64,000 nt of DNA from the NCBI GenBank assembly GCA_963663275.1, contig OY760183.1:3040001-3104000 (forward strand), read 5' to 3'. The notes under the pieces were generated by a model that worked only from the letters and a program-made list of their open reading frames with translations, was not told the origin of the DNA and made no database searches. Source of the stretch: Chloroflexota bacterium. Lineage in GTDB: Bacteria; Chloroflexota; UBA11872; VXOZ01. The position numbers and the translations under genes were made by a program. Shown in pieces: positions 28,924 to 39,411 of this stretch (positions are counted from its first letter, which is position 1; the number at the start of each line of letters is the position of its first letter).

Positions 28924-29649
28924 TCAGATGCGCAGCGTCTCCCCCGGCCGCAGCGCGCAGATTTCCAGATTGCTAATATCCCGCGCCGCGGCCTGGAACG
29001 CTTCCGGCGTCCCCGTGAGCAGGGGAAAGGTGCCGTAGTGGCACGGAATCACCCGCTTCACGCCAAGCAGCCGGCAGGCTTCCGCCGCGTCGTCCGGCCC
29101 CATGGTGAAGTGGTCGCCGATGGGCAGGAGCGCCGCGTCGGGCCGGTAGCGGCGGCCGATCAAGGCCATGTCGCCAAAGAGCGCCGTATCCCCGGCGACA
29201 TAGAGCCGCAGTCCGGTGGAAAACGTCACCACGTAGCCGACGCTCTCGCCCGCCGGGATGAGCGTGTCGCCGTCCATGATGGTGCTGGTGTGTTCGGCGT
29301 GCACCATCATCACGGCAAGGCCCGCCGCGTGAATCGTGCCGCCCTTGTTCATCCCCACAATGTTCGCGACTCCTTGCTCTGCCAGCCAGTGGGAGATGTC
29401 GGCCGTCGTCACCACGGCCTCCGGCCGGGCGCGCCGCGCGATGGGCACGGCATCCCCCAGGTGGTCGCCGTGGCCGTGCGTGATGAGAATGACGTCCACA
29501 GTCTCAGGGTCCTTTAGGTCGTCGGGGCACGCCGGATTGCCCGTCAGGAACGGGTCGATGAGCACGACCTTGTTCTCCGGCGTTACGATGCTGAACGCGG
29601 CGTGTCCCAGCCAGGTAATCGCAGTACTGTTCTGGCCCACAATCTCCAC
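28924..29649 (-). CDS. Metal-dependent hydrolase, MBL fold (UPF0173)
   Basis: TWLGHA, THGHGDH, AGDT, LPIGDHFTMGP, PCHYGTF. Confidence 0.93.
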   Translation of the reverse strand: MEIVGQNSTAITWLGHAAFSIVTPENKVVLIDPFLTGNPACPDDLKDPETVDVILITHGHGDHLGDAVPIARRARPEAVVTTADISHWLAEQGVANIVGMNKGGTIHAAGLAVMMVHAEHTSTIMDGDTLIPAGESVGYVVTFSTGLRLYVAGDTALFGDMALIGRRYRPDAALLPIGDHFTMGPDDAAEACRLLGVKRVIPCHYGTFPLLTGTPEAFQAAARDISNLEICALRPGETLRI

Positions 29650-29761
29650 CTCTCTTTCATCTCATACTTGAACGTGCTCTCTTCTCAACCGCAGGCGCCA
29701 GCTTCATCCATCGCATCACGCTGTTGCTACCATTCTAGTGTAGGAGGCAATCGCCAATTGT

Positions 29762-30769
29762 CTACCACACGTCGCCAAAGCGACGCCCGATCCAGCGGAA
29801 GAGGAAGAGAGCGACGAACGTGGCGAGCACGAGCAGCGTTGCCAGGACGATGGCGGTCTGCAGGTCGGATTCCAACGCCGTCATGATCGCCAGCGGCATG
29901 GTCTGGGTGCGGCCGGTGAAGTTTCCGGCAAACATGATGGTAGCGCCGAACTCGCCCAGCGCCCGTGCCCAACTCAGCACGGCGCCGCCCACCAGCGCCG
30001 GCCACGCCAGCGGTACGGTGACGTAGCGCAGCGTCTGCCAGGTCGATGCGCCCAGCGTGACGGCAATTTCCTCCAGTTCCGGGTCGACGCGCGTAAAGCC
30101 GATCTTGGCCGAGCGCACGTAGAAAGGCGCGGCGACGAAGACCTGCGCCAGCACCACCGCCAGCGTCGTAAACGCGATTTCGACGCCCAGCGGATGCAGC
30201 CACTGTCCGACCACGCCCAGACGGCCAAAGACCAGCAGCAGCGCCACACCGACCACCACCGGCGGCAGCGCCAGCGGCACGTCGATGAAGGTATCCAGTA
30301 CCCGCTTGCCGGGAAACGCGCTCCGCGCCAGCAGGTAGGCCGCGGGCGTGCCGACCAGCACGATAATGAGCAGCGACGCCGCGCTGGTGAGGGCGCTGAG
30401 CCGGAGGGCGCTCAGGACAAGCGGCTGCGTGAGTTGGTGGAGCAAGTCTCCCGTCATGACGGCGCGCGCGACCAAGGCGAGCAGCGGCAGGGCCACGAAG
30501 ACCGCCAGGATGAGCGCGGGGACGAGGAAGAGCGTCCGCAGGCCGGTTTCGCGCGCCGCTGGGGAAGCGCGGCTGGATTCCCGCCTGCGCGGGAATGACG
30601 GCGGCTCGGAAGGCTTCTCCGTGGATGATGGCAGCTTGGCAGGATTGTCCTTGGGTGACGGCGCCCTGGCAGGTTTGCCCTTGGGTGACGACGCCTCGGC
30701 TGGCTTCTCCCCGGATGACTGCGGAGACTGCTCGCGGGAGGATTGCGGCGGGGTGGACGCGCGGTTCAT
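29762..30769 (-). CDS. modB: Molybdate ABC transporter permease with a repeat-derived N-terminal extension
   Basis: PLALPPVVVG, WARALGEFGATIMFAGN, TQTMPLAI; overlaps the modA stop. Confidence 0.92.
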   Translation of the reverse strand: MNRASTPPQSSREQSPQSSGEKPAEASSPKGKPARAPSPKDNPAKLPSSTEKPSEPPSFPRRRESSRASPAARETGLRTLFLVPALILAVFVALPLLALVARAVMTGDLLHQLTQPLVLSALRLSALTSAASLLIIVLVGTPAAYLLARSAFPGKRVLDTFIDVPLALPPVVVGVALLLVFGRLGVVGQWLHPLGVEIAFTTLAVVLAQVFVAAPFYVRSAKIGFTRVDPELEEIAVTLGASTWQTLRYVTVPLAWPALVGGAVLSWARALGEFGATIMFAGNFTGRTQTMPLAIMTALESDLQTAIVLATLLVLATFVALFLFRWIGRRFGDVW

Positions 30770-31578
30770 GGCGTTCCCGCCGCTTGCAGGCCGGTCTGCC
30801 GCACGATTGCTTGCGCCGCCGGAGACTGCACGAAAGCGATGAAACGGCGCGCGAGCGCCTCCTGTTTAGAGGCCGCAAGCAGGGCGATCGGATACTCCGC
30901 CTTGACGTTGGCGTGCGCCGGAATCTCCAGCGTTGCGATTTCAGCCGTTCCCGCGGCCGCGTCGCTCACGTAGACGATTCCCGCGTCGGCTTCACCCAGC
31001 GCCACCTTGGCGAGCACCTGGCGCACGTTGAGTTCCTCCGACCGCACGTTGGCGCGCACGGCCGCGCCAAACGCGCTGCCGTACGCGGCCTCCGCGCTCA
31101 GATTGGCAAGCATCCGGCGGGTGTAGCGGCCCACGGGCACGTTCTCCTGGCCGATGACGATGCGCACGCCCGGACGCGCCAGGTCGCGCAGCGTGCGCAC
31201 GTCCGCCGGGTTCGCCGCCGGCAGCGCCACGATCAGGCGGTTCTCGGCAAAGATTACGGGGTCATCCGCCAGCAGGTTCATCTCCCGCAGGCGATCCACG
31301 TGTATAGTATCGGCGGCGGCAAAGAGGTCGGCCGCCGCGCCGTGTTCGATCTGCGTGCTGAGCGCCTGCGAGCCGGCGAAGTTGAAAACGACCCGCACAC
31401 CGGCGTGGCGCTCCTCGAACGCCGCGCCGATAGCCGTAAACGCCTCCGTGAGCGATGACGCGGCGTAGACCACGAGGGTCGTCGCCTGCGAGGAACCGCA
31501 ACCCACCGCCAGCACGGGCGTACCGCACAGCAAGCCGATCAAGAGGCACGCCTCCCACAACCGAAACCGGCAAGGCAT
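30766..31578 (-). CDS. modA: Molybdate ABC transporter substrate-binding lipoprotein
   Basis: VYAASSLT, FAGSQAL, VPVGRY, EADAGIVYVSD; lipobox AVGC; start uncertain (31578 or 31620). Confidence 0.92.
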   Translation of the reverse strand: MPCRFRLWEACLLIGLLCGTPVLAVGCGSSQATTLVVYAASSLTEAFTAIGAAFEERHAGVRVVFNFAGSQALSTQIEHGAAADLFAAADTIHVDRLREMNLLADDPVIFAENRLIVALPAANPADVRTLRDLARPGVRIVIGQENVPVGRYTRRMLANLSAEAAYGSAFGAAVRANVRSEELNVRQVLAKVALGEADAGIVYVSDAAAGTAEIATLEIPAHANVKAEYPIALLAASKQEALARRFIAFVQSPAAQAIVRQTGLQAAGTP

Positions 31579-31839
31579 GTCTCCGCCTCCGCTGGAACCT
31601 GTGGCTTGTCGGACTCGCATAGTGTCTTCCTGAGCCGGCGCTCGCAGCACGGGAAATCCTTCAGAACGTTGCCCACCGGCGGTACCGGCCAGCGTTCTCT
31701 TGTCCCACGGTGACCCGTAGCGCGGGGGCTCGTCCCCCGCAGCATGGCACAACGACCCAGCATCGTTTCGGACGCGACGCTTAGTAGTATAATAGTGCCA
31801 AATGCAGCGGGCTGCGCATACCGCAAAGGAGAATGCCGC

Positions 31840-32856
31840 GTGGCGATTGTGCTGGACGCAATGGGCGGCGATAAAGCGCCTGAGGCCATCGTCGCCGGAG
31901 CGGTGCAGGCCGCGCGTTCCTCCCCGTTTCCCATCATCCTGGTCGGTCAACAGGACGCGCTGGAGGCGGAACTGGGCGCGCACGACACCGCCGGCCTGCC
32001 GCTGACAATCCACCACGCGCCGGACGTCATCACTATGGACGACCACGCCACCGCCGTGCGCCAACGACCGGAATCTTCCATCCGCGTCGCGTCCGACCTG
32101 GTGAAGCAAGGCGAAGGCACGGCGTTGGTCAGCGCCGGCCATACCGGCGCGACCATGGCGGCGGCGCTGATGGGTTTCGGCCGCATTGCCGGTATCAGCC
32201 GTCCGGCGCTGATTGCCCTGGTTCCCAGCCCCAAGACCAACCCCACGCTCCTGATCGACATGGGCGCGAACGCCGACTGCAAGCCGCGCCAACTCCAACA
32301 ATTCGGCCTCATGGGCAGCGTTTACTCGGAGCAGGTATACGGCGTTGCCAATCCCCGCGTCGGCCTGCTCTCCATCGGCGAGGAGCCCGGCAAGGGCAAC
32401 GAACTTTCCCTGGCGGCCTACGCGCTGCTAGAGGACGCGCCGCTCAACTTCGTGGGCAACGTGGAGGGCCGCCATATCCTGGACGGCTCGGTAGACGTGG
32501 TGGCGTGCGACGGGTTCACCGGCAACGTGGCGCTGAAGTCGATCGAAGGCACCGCCGAGGCGGTCGGCGGGCTGCTGCGGGACGCGCTGCGAGCCAACCC
32601 GCTCACCATGCTCGGCGCGCTGCTGGCAAAACCGGCCTTCGACCGCGTCCGCACGCGCATGGATTACGAGGAGTACGGCGGCGCGCCGCTGGTGGGACTG
32701 AACCACGCCGTCATCATCGCCCACGGCCGCTCCAACGCCAAGGCCATCGCCAGCACCCTGCGCCTGGCCCAGCAGACCGTTGCCATGGACGTGACCGGCA
32801 AGATCAACGAGCGTGTGGCGGCGCTGCTGGGCGGCAGCGAAACTTCACCCGCGTAG
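31840..32856 (+). CDS. plsX: Phosphate acyltransferase PlsX
   Basis: DAMGGD, SAGHTGA, DMGANAD, GNVEG, DGFTGN, GGAPL, HGRS. Confidence 0.97.
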   Translation: MAIVLDAMGGDKAPEAIVAGAVQAARSSPFPIILVGQQDALEAELGAHDTAGLPLTIHHAPDVITMDDHATAVRQRPESSIRVASDLVKQGEGTALVSAGHTGATMAAALMGFGRIAGISRPALIALVPSPKTNPTLLIDMGANADCKPRQLQQFGLMGSVYSEQVYGVANPRVGLLSIGEEPGKGNELSLAAYALLEDAPLNFVGNVEGRHILDGSVDVVACDGFTGNVALKSIEGTAEAVGGLLRDALRANPLTMLGALLAKPAFDRVRTRMDYEEYGGAPLVGLNHAVIIAHGRSNAKAIASTLRLAQQTVAMDVTGKINERVAALLGGSETSPA

Positions 32857-33010
32857 AGAGCAAGGCTGCTGATCGCCGGCGGCGCGTTGCACAACGCCCA
32901 GCGGCCCGCGGCGCAGACGTCACTCTTGGCGTGCGCCCCGATCGGATACTGGGTTTCAAGCAGAATTCGTGCAACCGCTATCGAGCGCGCGCATCCCTGA
33001 TCGAGAAGCC

Positions 33011-33682
33011 TTATTCCCTTGGTCTCTTGACCAGACTCTTCCAGACTGTGTCTACGGTCTCCTCGATGAGTTTCCTTGACTCCGGGACTCCCATAATGTG
33101 TCTCGCCAATATCGACCCAACCATCGCTTGAATTGCGACTTCAAAATTGGCATCGGCGTGTATTTCACCGCGTTCCACACCGCGTTGCAGCACCTTCATC
33201 GCGTCGTCCCGGCGAGGCCGCATGACCCGTTCGCGAAACAGCTCGAATAACTCAGGGTTGCGCCGTTCCTCAACGAGCAGCGCGCCAAGCATGGCATACC
33301 CCGGGCCACGCGCCAACGAGGATTCGGCCAAGGCTAATAGCTCAACCATATCGTCGCGCGCGCTGCCAGTGTCCGGCGGCGGCCCCCAAGAGTCCCGCAG
33401 AGAGGCTAAAGCGGCAGCGGTCAATTCCGCTTTGGACGCATAGCGCCGGTAGATGGCGGTCTTGCCGACGCCGGCTGCGGACGCGACCCGCTCGATGGAC
33501 GCGCCGGCATAGCCTTCTGACGTGAGCACACGCAGCGTGGCTTGCAAAATGGCACGATCGACCGCGGGATCGCGCGGTCGGCCGGGCCTGGCGGACTCCT
33601 GCCCTGCCGTCGACCCCGGCGACGCATTCTCGTCCGGCGGTTCTCTCGCGTGAGGCGACGTGTTCGCGCCGGGCGCGGTCAT
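33011..33682 (-). CDS. TetR/AcrR family regulator
   Basis: GRPRD..AGVGKTAIYRRYASK HTH. Confidence 0.93.
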   Translation of the reverse strand: MTAPGANTSPHAREPPDENASPGSTAGQESARPGRPRDPAVDRAILQATLRVLTSEGYAGASIERVASAAGVGKTAIYRRYASKAELTAAALASLRDSWGPPPDTGSARDDMVELLALAESSLARGPGYAMLGALLVEERRNPELFELFRERVMRPRRDDAMKVLQRGVERGEIHADANFEVAIQAMVGSILARHIMGVPESRKLIEETVDTVWKSLVKRPRE

Positions 33683-35262
33683 CGTGCCGCCTCTGCCGGG
33701 GTTTCAAGCGTGTCGACTGCGGCGCGCTCAGCGGACTCCGCGCTCTGCGCAACCGGCAGATGGCGCGCCGGCATGAAACGCACAACGAGTATCGCCCCGA
33801 TTAGAGCCGCGGTCGCTGAAACCAGCACCGCCACGTTGAGCGCGTCACTGAACGCCATGCTAGCCGCATCCATGAGGCGGCTGGCCGCCTGGGCGGGCGC
33901 CAGCGAGGCCACTCTGGCTGCGGCCCCGATGGAATCGCTGGCAGCGGCCGCGGCCTCCGGCGGCAAACCGCCTACAGAGTCTGCCATGCTGCGGCTGTAT
34001 ACGGTGTTGATGGCGGACCCAATGATGGCTACTCCAAAGGCGCCGGCCACCTGCCGCGTCACGTCATTCATGGCCGAGGCTACCCCCGCGTTCGCTTCAG
34101 GAACCGCCCCCATAACCGCATCGGTGGCCGGCGCCATGGCACTGCCCAGGCCGACGGCGAGTAGAAATACGGTAGTGCCCACGATCCAATACTCAGTATC
34201 CGGCCGCCAAAGCGCCATTGAAACGAACACTGCGGATGCCAGCAGCAGGCCCAGCGTCACGACCTTGTTGGTGCCCAGCCTTGCCACCAGGCGATGGCTA
34301 TTGCCCGCGCCAACCACAACGCCCAAGGCCAATGGTACCATTCTCACGCCGGCCTCCAGCGGTGTGTAGCCTTGGACGAATTGCAGGAATTGGGTCAGGC
34401 CGAATATCATGCCGAACATGGCGAAGAAGGCGATCGCGATCGCGCCGGCGCCTGCGGAGAAACGTGGGTTCTTGAAGAACGTAAGGTTGAGCATTGGGTG
34501 CGGGGTTCTCACTTCCCACGCGACGAAAGCGGCAGCCAGAATCGCGCCGCCCACGAAGCACGCCAGCACCACACCATCCGTCCAGCCGCGCACCGGGGCT
34601 TCGATGATGGCGAACACCAGGGCTGTTACGGCGCCTATGGACAGGGCAGCGCCGAGAATGTCTAGGCGCGCCGGGTGGGGATCGCGGCTCTCCGGAATGA
34701 TCACGAGTCCGCCGACTATGGCAAGCGCCGCGATCGGGATGTTGATGAGGAACACGGAACCCCACCAGAAGTTCTCCAGCAAGAGGCCGCCCGTAATCGG
34801 GCCGAGACCAATGCCGAGCCCGGCAACGCCGGCCCAAATGCTAATGGCCCGGCCCCGTTCCTCCCGTGGAAAGACGTTGGTAAGGATCGATAACGTGGAC
34901 GGCATGATGAGGGCGCCGCCAATACCCATCAAGGCGCGGGCAGCGATGAGTTGCGCAGTGGAGTCCGCATACGCCGCAAACAAGCTTGAAAGACCAAATA
35001 GCACAATGCCAAGTTGCAGCGCGCGCTTGCGGCCGAACCGGTCCCCCAGCGATCCCATCGTGAGCAGCAGGCCGGCAAACACGAGAATGTAGGCGTCTAC
35101 CATCCACTGCAATTCGGTTGCGCTGGCATCGAACTCCCGCTGCAGCGTGGGGATGGCAACGTTGAGGATGGTGTTATCCAGGCCGATGATGAGCAGGCTC
35201 ATGGCGAGCAGACCCAGGATCCACCACCGCTTGCGATATGCGTCCGAGTTTGCGGTATTCAC
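33679..35262 (-). CDS. DHA2 (EmrB/QacA) MFS efflux transporter
   Basis: LDNTILNVA, GDRFGRKR, WGSVFLINIP; 14-TM pattern. Confidence 0.93.
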   Translation of the reverse strand: MNTANSDAYRKRWWILGLLAMSLLIIGLDNTILNVAIPTLQREFDASATELQWMVDAYILVFAGLLLTMGSLGDRFGRKRALQLGIVLFGLSSLFAAYADSTAQLIAARALMGIGGALIMPSTLSILTNVFPREERGRAISIWAGVAGLGIGLGPITGGLLLENFWWGSVFLINIPIAALAIVGGLVIIPESRDPHPARLDILGAALSIGAVTALVFAIIEAPVRGWTDGVVLACFVGGAILAAAFVAWEVRTPHPMLNLTFFKNPRFSAGAGAIAIAFFAMFGMIFGLTQFLQFVQGYTPLEAGVRMVPLALGVVVGAGNSHRLVARLGTNKVVTLGLLLASAVFVSMALWRPDTEYWIVGTTVFLLAVGLGSAMAPATDAVMGAVPEANAGVASAMNDVTRQVAGAFGVAIIGSAINTVYSRSMADSVGGLPPEAAAAASDSIGAAARVASLAPAQAASRLMDAASMAFSDALNVAVLVSATAALIGAILVVRFMPARHLPVAQSAESAERAAVDTLETPAEAAR

Positions 35263-35285
35263 AACATACCTCCTTGTAGCATTAC

Positions 35286-35301
35286 GATACCGTCTCGTAT
35301 C
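35286..35301. promoter_or_regulatory. Putative TetR operator (GATAC-N6-GTATC)
   Basis: Inverted repeat between the promoter region and the RBS of the MFS-TetR operon. Confidence 0.5.
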
Positions 35302-35357
35302 TATATACTAGCCATTAGGAGGTACGGGTGTCAATTCTGCGGCAACTTCCTGGCCTT

Positions 35358-37130
35358 CTACACCCACGGAAAACTGAGCGTAGGCTGGTTGGCGTAGCGT
35401 TGCATGGTGAGCGTGACGCGCTCGCCCGCGCCGGGCGCGAGCCGCACGACGAGGTGCGGGCCGTTGACCTCAGTCGTGATGCCCCCGGCCGTGGCGCTGA
35501 TAAACTGGTGTTCGGCATACGCGCCACCCTGCACGATGATTGTCCGTTCCTCCACCGGATGGAGGTTTACGAGCGTCACGCCGACCTCGGAAGCGGTCAG
35601 GTGGTCCACCAGCGCCGCCACGTCTGCCGGCAGTCCGGCGCGGCGGCGCGCGGGATCGAAGTAGCGCAGGCGGCAATAGAGCGGCCCGCCGTCGCGTCCC
35701 GTGGGAAAGCCGCCGAGCGTTAGTCGAGTGAGCGCGTCGGTGATGGCGGGATTGAAGGCGTTCATGTCGTCGGAGAGGCGCGTATCCGGCGTGGTGGCGT
35801 CCAGCCGCACCTTCTGGCTGCGCTGCCGCACCTCGGCGTAGTCGCGCTGCAGCGCCGCCACCGGATAGTTGGGATTGTTGCCGGCCAGGAAGTCGTACCA
35901 CGGGTCGTGCGGCGCGCGCGCCAGGTCCTGCGGGTCCATGGTCAGGTAGTACATCTCATGCGCGCCCGCCGCGAACGGCGCCGGCCGGTAGTCGTACCAC
36001 CCTTCTTCACCAAGCGCGTCGCCGTACATGTGGGGATAGGTGGCCGCGCCGTCGCTGTCCTGGGCATTGGCGTTCACGGCGTCCAGCATCTCGCGCCAGA
36101 CCGCAAGATAACCCTGGTCGCCGGTGAGCATCAGCGCGTTGCCAAAGCCGTAGACGGCGCGTTGCTGCCATGCCGGCCGGTGCGCCAGCTTGCCGGTATT
36201 GTGGTCGATCACCGAGAAACCCCAGCCGTAGACGCCGCCGTACCACTTGCCGTCGCACGCGCCGCCAATCGTGCCGTCCAGCCCGATGTTGGTGGGGATG
36301 ATGCCGTTGTTCGCCTTGGTATGCGCCACCCAGCCGTCCACGTAGCGCAGGATCCAATCGCGGTACTTCGCTTCGCCGGTGAGGGCGTAGGCGGTGAGCG
36401 CGACAGTGGTGGTACTGAGGTTCAGGGGATGATCGCCCGCCACGTCGTTGTAGTCGCGGAAATGGTCGAGCATCTGGGCGAAGCTGTTTTCGCCGTGCTT
36501 GGCGTCGAAGCGCCCCGCCACCTCGATTGGGTCGCCGGCCCAATCGAGCGCGGTCGACTTGCGCAGCAGCGGCCCCCGGCTGCCGTTGAACATGCTGCGG
36601 ATGAGGTTGTGCTCCGGGTCGTAGTTCGGCGCCTGCGGGTCTTCATCCATGTAGAAGCCGGCGTAGCGGCGGATGCGCTGCTCGTAGACGCGGCTTGCCG
36701 GGTCGCTGAGCGGCTCCAGGATGAAGGGCGAAATCCATTCGCCGTGGTGCATCCAATCGAACATCACCGAGAACTCTTTGTAGTACATGCCCTCCCGCGC
36801 CATGGGCACGTACTCGCTCTTGGCCTCGGTATACTGGCGCAGATGCCCGTCCCAGCCGTGCTTGTACATTGCCAGGACGCTATCCGCTGCCCCCAGCGCG
36901 TGGAGCATGGGCCAGTTGAGCAGGTTCTCGCCCGCGTCGTCCGGGCCGTCGTTGCCGCCCCAGCGCGGGATGCAGAGCAGGTAGCCCCGCTCGTCGAAGT
37001 ACTTGGCGTAGAACGCCGCGCACGCCGCCTCCTGCGCCCGCAACAACTCCCGCTCCAACAACGCCCAATGCGGCGGGGCGAGCGGCGTCTTCAGGTATAC
37101 TAGAGGCGAACGGCCATCTACACTGCTCAT
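35358..37130 (-). CDS. Hypothetical protein (possible alpha/alpha-barrel enzyme)
   Basis: About 590-aa GC3-biased ORF, aromatic-rich (DGPDDAGEN, DWMHHGE); GGAGG RBS before MSSVD. Confidence 0.75.
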   Translation of the reverse strand: MSSVDGRSPLVYLKTPLAPPHWALLERELLRAQEAACAAFYAKYFDERGYLLCIPRWGGNDGPDDAGENLLNWPMLHALGAADSVLAMYKHGWDGHLRQYTEAKSEYVPMAREGMYYKEFSVMFDWMHHGEWISPFILEPLSDPASRVYEQRIRRYAGFYMDEDPQAPNYDPEHNLIRSMFNGSRGPLLRKSTALDWAGDPIEVAGRFDAKHGENSFAQMLDHFRDYNDVAGDHPLNLSTTTVALTAYALTGEAKYRDWILRYVDGWVAHTKANNGIIPTNIGLDGTIGGACDGKWYGGVYGWGFSVIDHNTGKLAHRPAWQQRAVYGFGNALMLTGDQGYLAVWREMLDAVNANAQDSDGAATYPHMYGDALGEEGWYDYRPAPFAAGAHEMYYLTMDPQDLARAPHDPWYDFLAGNNPNYPVAALQRDYAEVRQRSQKVRLDATTPDTRLSDDMNAFNPAITDALTRLTLGGFPTGRDGGPLYCRLRYFDPARRRAGLPADVAALVDHLTASEVGVTLVNLHPVEERTIIVQGGAYAEHQFISATAGGITTEVNGPHLVVRLAPGAGERVTLTMQRYANQPTLSFPWV

Positions 37131-37330
37131 AGCTTCCTCCGTGTTTTGGGACTGAATTGCCATCGGAGCTTTGGTCAGTCTTGGGGCTGTTGAGCAAGAG
37201 TGTCTCACTATTCTCTCCATTTGGCAATGAAGCCTACAAGAGACCGTAGGCGCTGCGCGCCCGGCACTTGCGCGTGGCCGACGCTCAGGGACGATTTGCA
37301 GTGCGTGGACGGTAGCTAGTAGGAGTTGCA

Positions 37331-38068
37331 ATGATACGCGGAATCGTCTTCGACCTGGACGGCACGCTGCTCGATCATGACGGCACCGAATACAGGGCGT
37401 TGCGAAAACTCTATCCTACGCTGCTCGCCGATGAGGGTGAGCCGCGGCGGTGGCCTGCTTTTCCGGAGTTTGCCGCCGCGTGGCATGAAGCGGCCGAGCA
37501 AAGCTGGCGGCTTTATGTGGAAGGCGAGTTGACCCTTGCCGAGCAGCGAACCTGGCGCGTGCAGCAGGTGCTCGCGATGCGGCAAGGGTCCGGTTGCGGC
37601 GATGACCCGCTTTCGGAGGAAGACGTTGAAGGTATTCTCGATCGCTACCTTCCACTCTATGAGGAGAGTTGGTTTCTCTATCCAGATACCGTTCCCTGCC
37701 TCGAGGCGTTGTCAGCGTATCCTCTGGGCATGGTCACCAACGGCGACGGCAGGCAGCAACGGCAAAAGCTCCGGTTCACGGAGATTGAGCAGTACTTTCG
37801 TTCCGTAGTGGTCTCAGGCGACGTTGGCGTGCGGAAGCCGCAGCGAGAAATCTTCGATACGAGCGCCGGAGAGATGGGTCTCACATCCGGCGAATTGCTC
37901 TTCATTGGCGACAATCCCCACGCCGACGTGCAGGGAGCGCTCCAAGCCGGTTGGCGCGCCGTCTGGCTGAATCGCACCGGCGCCGAACAGGCAGTGCGGG
38001 CCCCTACCATCGCCTCGCTCTCAGAATTGCCGCCTCTGATCGTGGGAGGGAATCTTGACCGCGTGTAG
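37331..38068 (+). CDS. HAD-superfamily hydrolase
   Basis: FDLDGTL, VTNG, KP, GDNPHADV. Confidence 0.93.
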   Translation: MIRGIVFDLDGTLLDHDGTEYRALRKLYPTLLADEGEPRRWPAFPEFAAAWHEAAEQSWRLYVEGELTLAEQRTWRVQQVLAMRQGSGCGDDPLSEEDVEGILDRYLPLYEESWFLYPDTVPCLEALSAYPLGMVTNGDGRQQRQKLRFTEIEQYFRSVVVSGDVGVRKPQREIFDTSAGEMGLTSGELLFIGDNPHADVQGALQAGWRAVWLNRTGAEQAVRAPTIASLSELPPLIVGGNLDRV

Positions 38069-38113
38069 AGCCGGGCTTTTCGCTGGCAATCGCTCTCAAG
38101 GACTTACGCAACT

Positions 38114-39088
38114 ATGATTCGCTGTTTTATCGGCCATAGCAAAGGCACCGTCGAGGCGGAAATCGCCAAACTCACGGTGGAGAGAGACGCGATTGCCGAC
38201 CTCAATCGGGCCGTGTTGGACGGCGACGAAATCGACCTGGAGACCTTGCGGACGCATTGCGACACCTTGCCGTTCATGGGCGGCGGCAAGCTGGTCGTCG
38301 TGCGGGGCTTGCTGAGCCGCTGCCTGAAGGAGAAGCCGCTGCGCGAGGGGTTGCTGGCGTACCTGCCGGGACTGCCGGACCACTGTACGCTCGTGCTGGC
38401 GGATAGCGCCCTGCCCCGGGGGAGAGAGACGACCGCGCTCACCAAAGCGTTGCGCAAATTGCCGGACGCAACCGTGGACATTGCCGATCAACGCAAAGGC
38501 GCGCCGCAGATTGGGTGGATCGTCGAAAACGCCCCGCGCTTTGGCTGCGGCATCACGCGCCGCGCGGCGGAACACCTGGCGGCGGTGCTGCCCGACCGCG
38601 ACACGATCGAACAAGAATTGACCAAGCTGGCGAATTACCGCAATCGCACCGGCACGATCAGCGAGGAAGACGTGCACCTGCTGGTACCCCAATCGCGGGA
38701 ATCGAATATCTTTGCCTTTGCGGACGCCGTTTCCGACGGGCGGCGCCGCCAGGCGCTCGCGCTGCTGCACGACCTGCCCAACCAGGAACCCGGCTACGTG
38801 CTCGTGATGATTGCCCGCCAGTTCCGCCTCATCCTCCAGGCGAAACACGCCCTCCGCACGGTGCAAGCGCCCAACGAGGTGGCCCGCGCCGTCGGCCTCA
38901 CCCGCGCGCCGCCCCACGCCGTCAGGCGCGTCATCGCCCAGGCGCGCCGCTTCAGCGTCGACCAACTGGCGGCCATCCACGCCCACGTCGCCCGCACCGA
39001 CTTCGCCATCAAGCGCAGCAAGATGGACCCGGCCACGGCGTTGGACCTGCTGGTCGTCGGGCTGTGTTCCATCGCCAGCCGGCGTTAG
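38114..39088 (+). CDS. holA: DNA polymerase III subunit delta
   Basis: TLPFMGGGKLVVV, QELTKLANY, NIFAFADA; adjacent to rpsT. Confidence 0.9.
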   Translation: MIRCFIGHSKGTVEAEIAKLTVERDAIADLNRAVLDGDEIDLETLRTHCDTLPFMGGGKLVVVRGLLSRCLKEKPLREGLLAYLPGLPDHCTLVLADSALPRGRETTALTKALRKLPDATVDIADQRKGAPQIGWIVENAPRFGCGITRRAAEHLAAVLPDRDTIEQELTKLANYRNRTGTISEEDVHLLVPQSRESNIFAFADAVSDGRRRQALALLHDLPNQEPGYVLVMIARQFRLILQAKHALRTVQAPNEVARAVGLTRAPPHAVRRVIAQARRFSVDQLAAIHAHVARTDFAIKRSKMDPATALDLLVVGLCSIASRR

Positions 39089-39258
39089 AGCCTGTTTACG
39101 ATCGTTCTGTTTGCACGAGGAACGTTCGCCCTGAGCTTGTCGAAGGGTGAACGGAACCGCCGCATATTGGCGAATAGCCTTTCATACTTCGACAAGCTCA
39201 GCACGAACGGTTTGCGACGGCTTCGCAGACACCCTCTAAGCAGATCGCAAACAGGCTC
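39088..39258. mobile_element. MITE (IS5-like) carrying a REP A doublet
   Basis: 16-bp TIRs GAGCCTGTTTACGATC / GATCGCAAACAGGCTC (1 mismatch) flanked by a TTA duplication. Confidence 0.7.
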
Positions 39259-39411
39259 TTAGGAGAACGCGCCGCGGCGGGCGTTAACCGGCGGCGCGAA
39301 CGCCAACCCTTCGTGTGGAGAAGATTCCGCAAAAGGCAAACCCCGCGCTTCCCGTTTAGCGGTTGGCGCGAGGCGTAAAACCCCCGCAGACGGTTGGCAG
39401 CACGAGGTACT

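Noticed and set aside
31580-31720. Moco riboswitch upstream of modA
   Set aside because: Could not find the conserved Moco motif elements; part of the region is a REP D copy
30766-32301. 511-aa version of ModA and other over-extended starts in the ORF track
   Set aside because: The extension overlaps plsX and a REP; RBS and signal peptide support the shorter start
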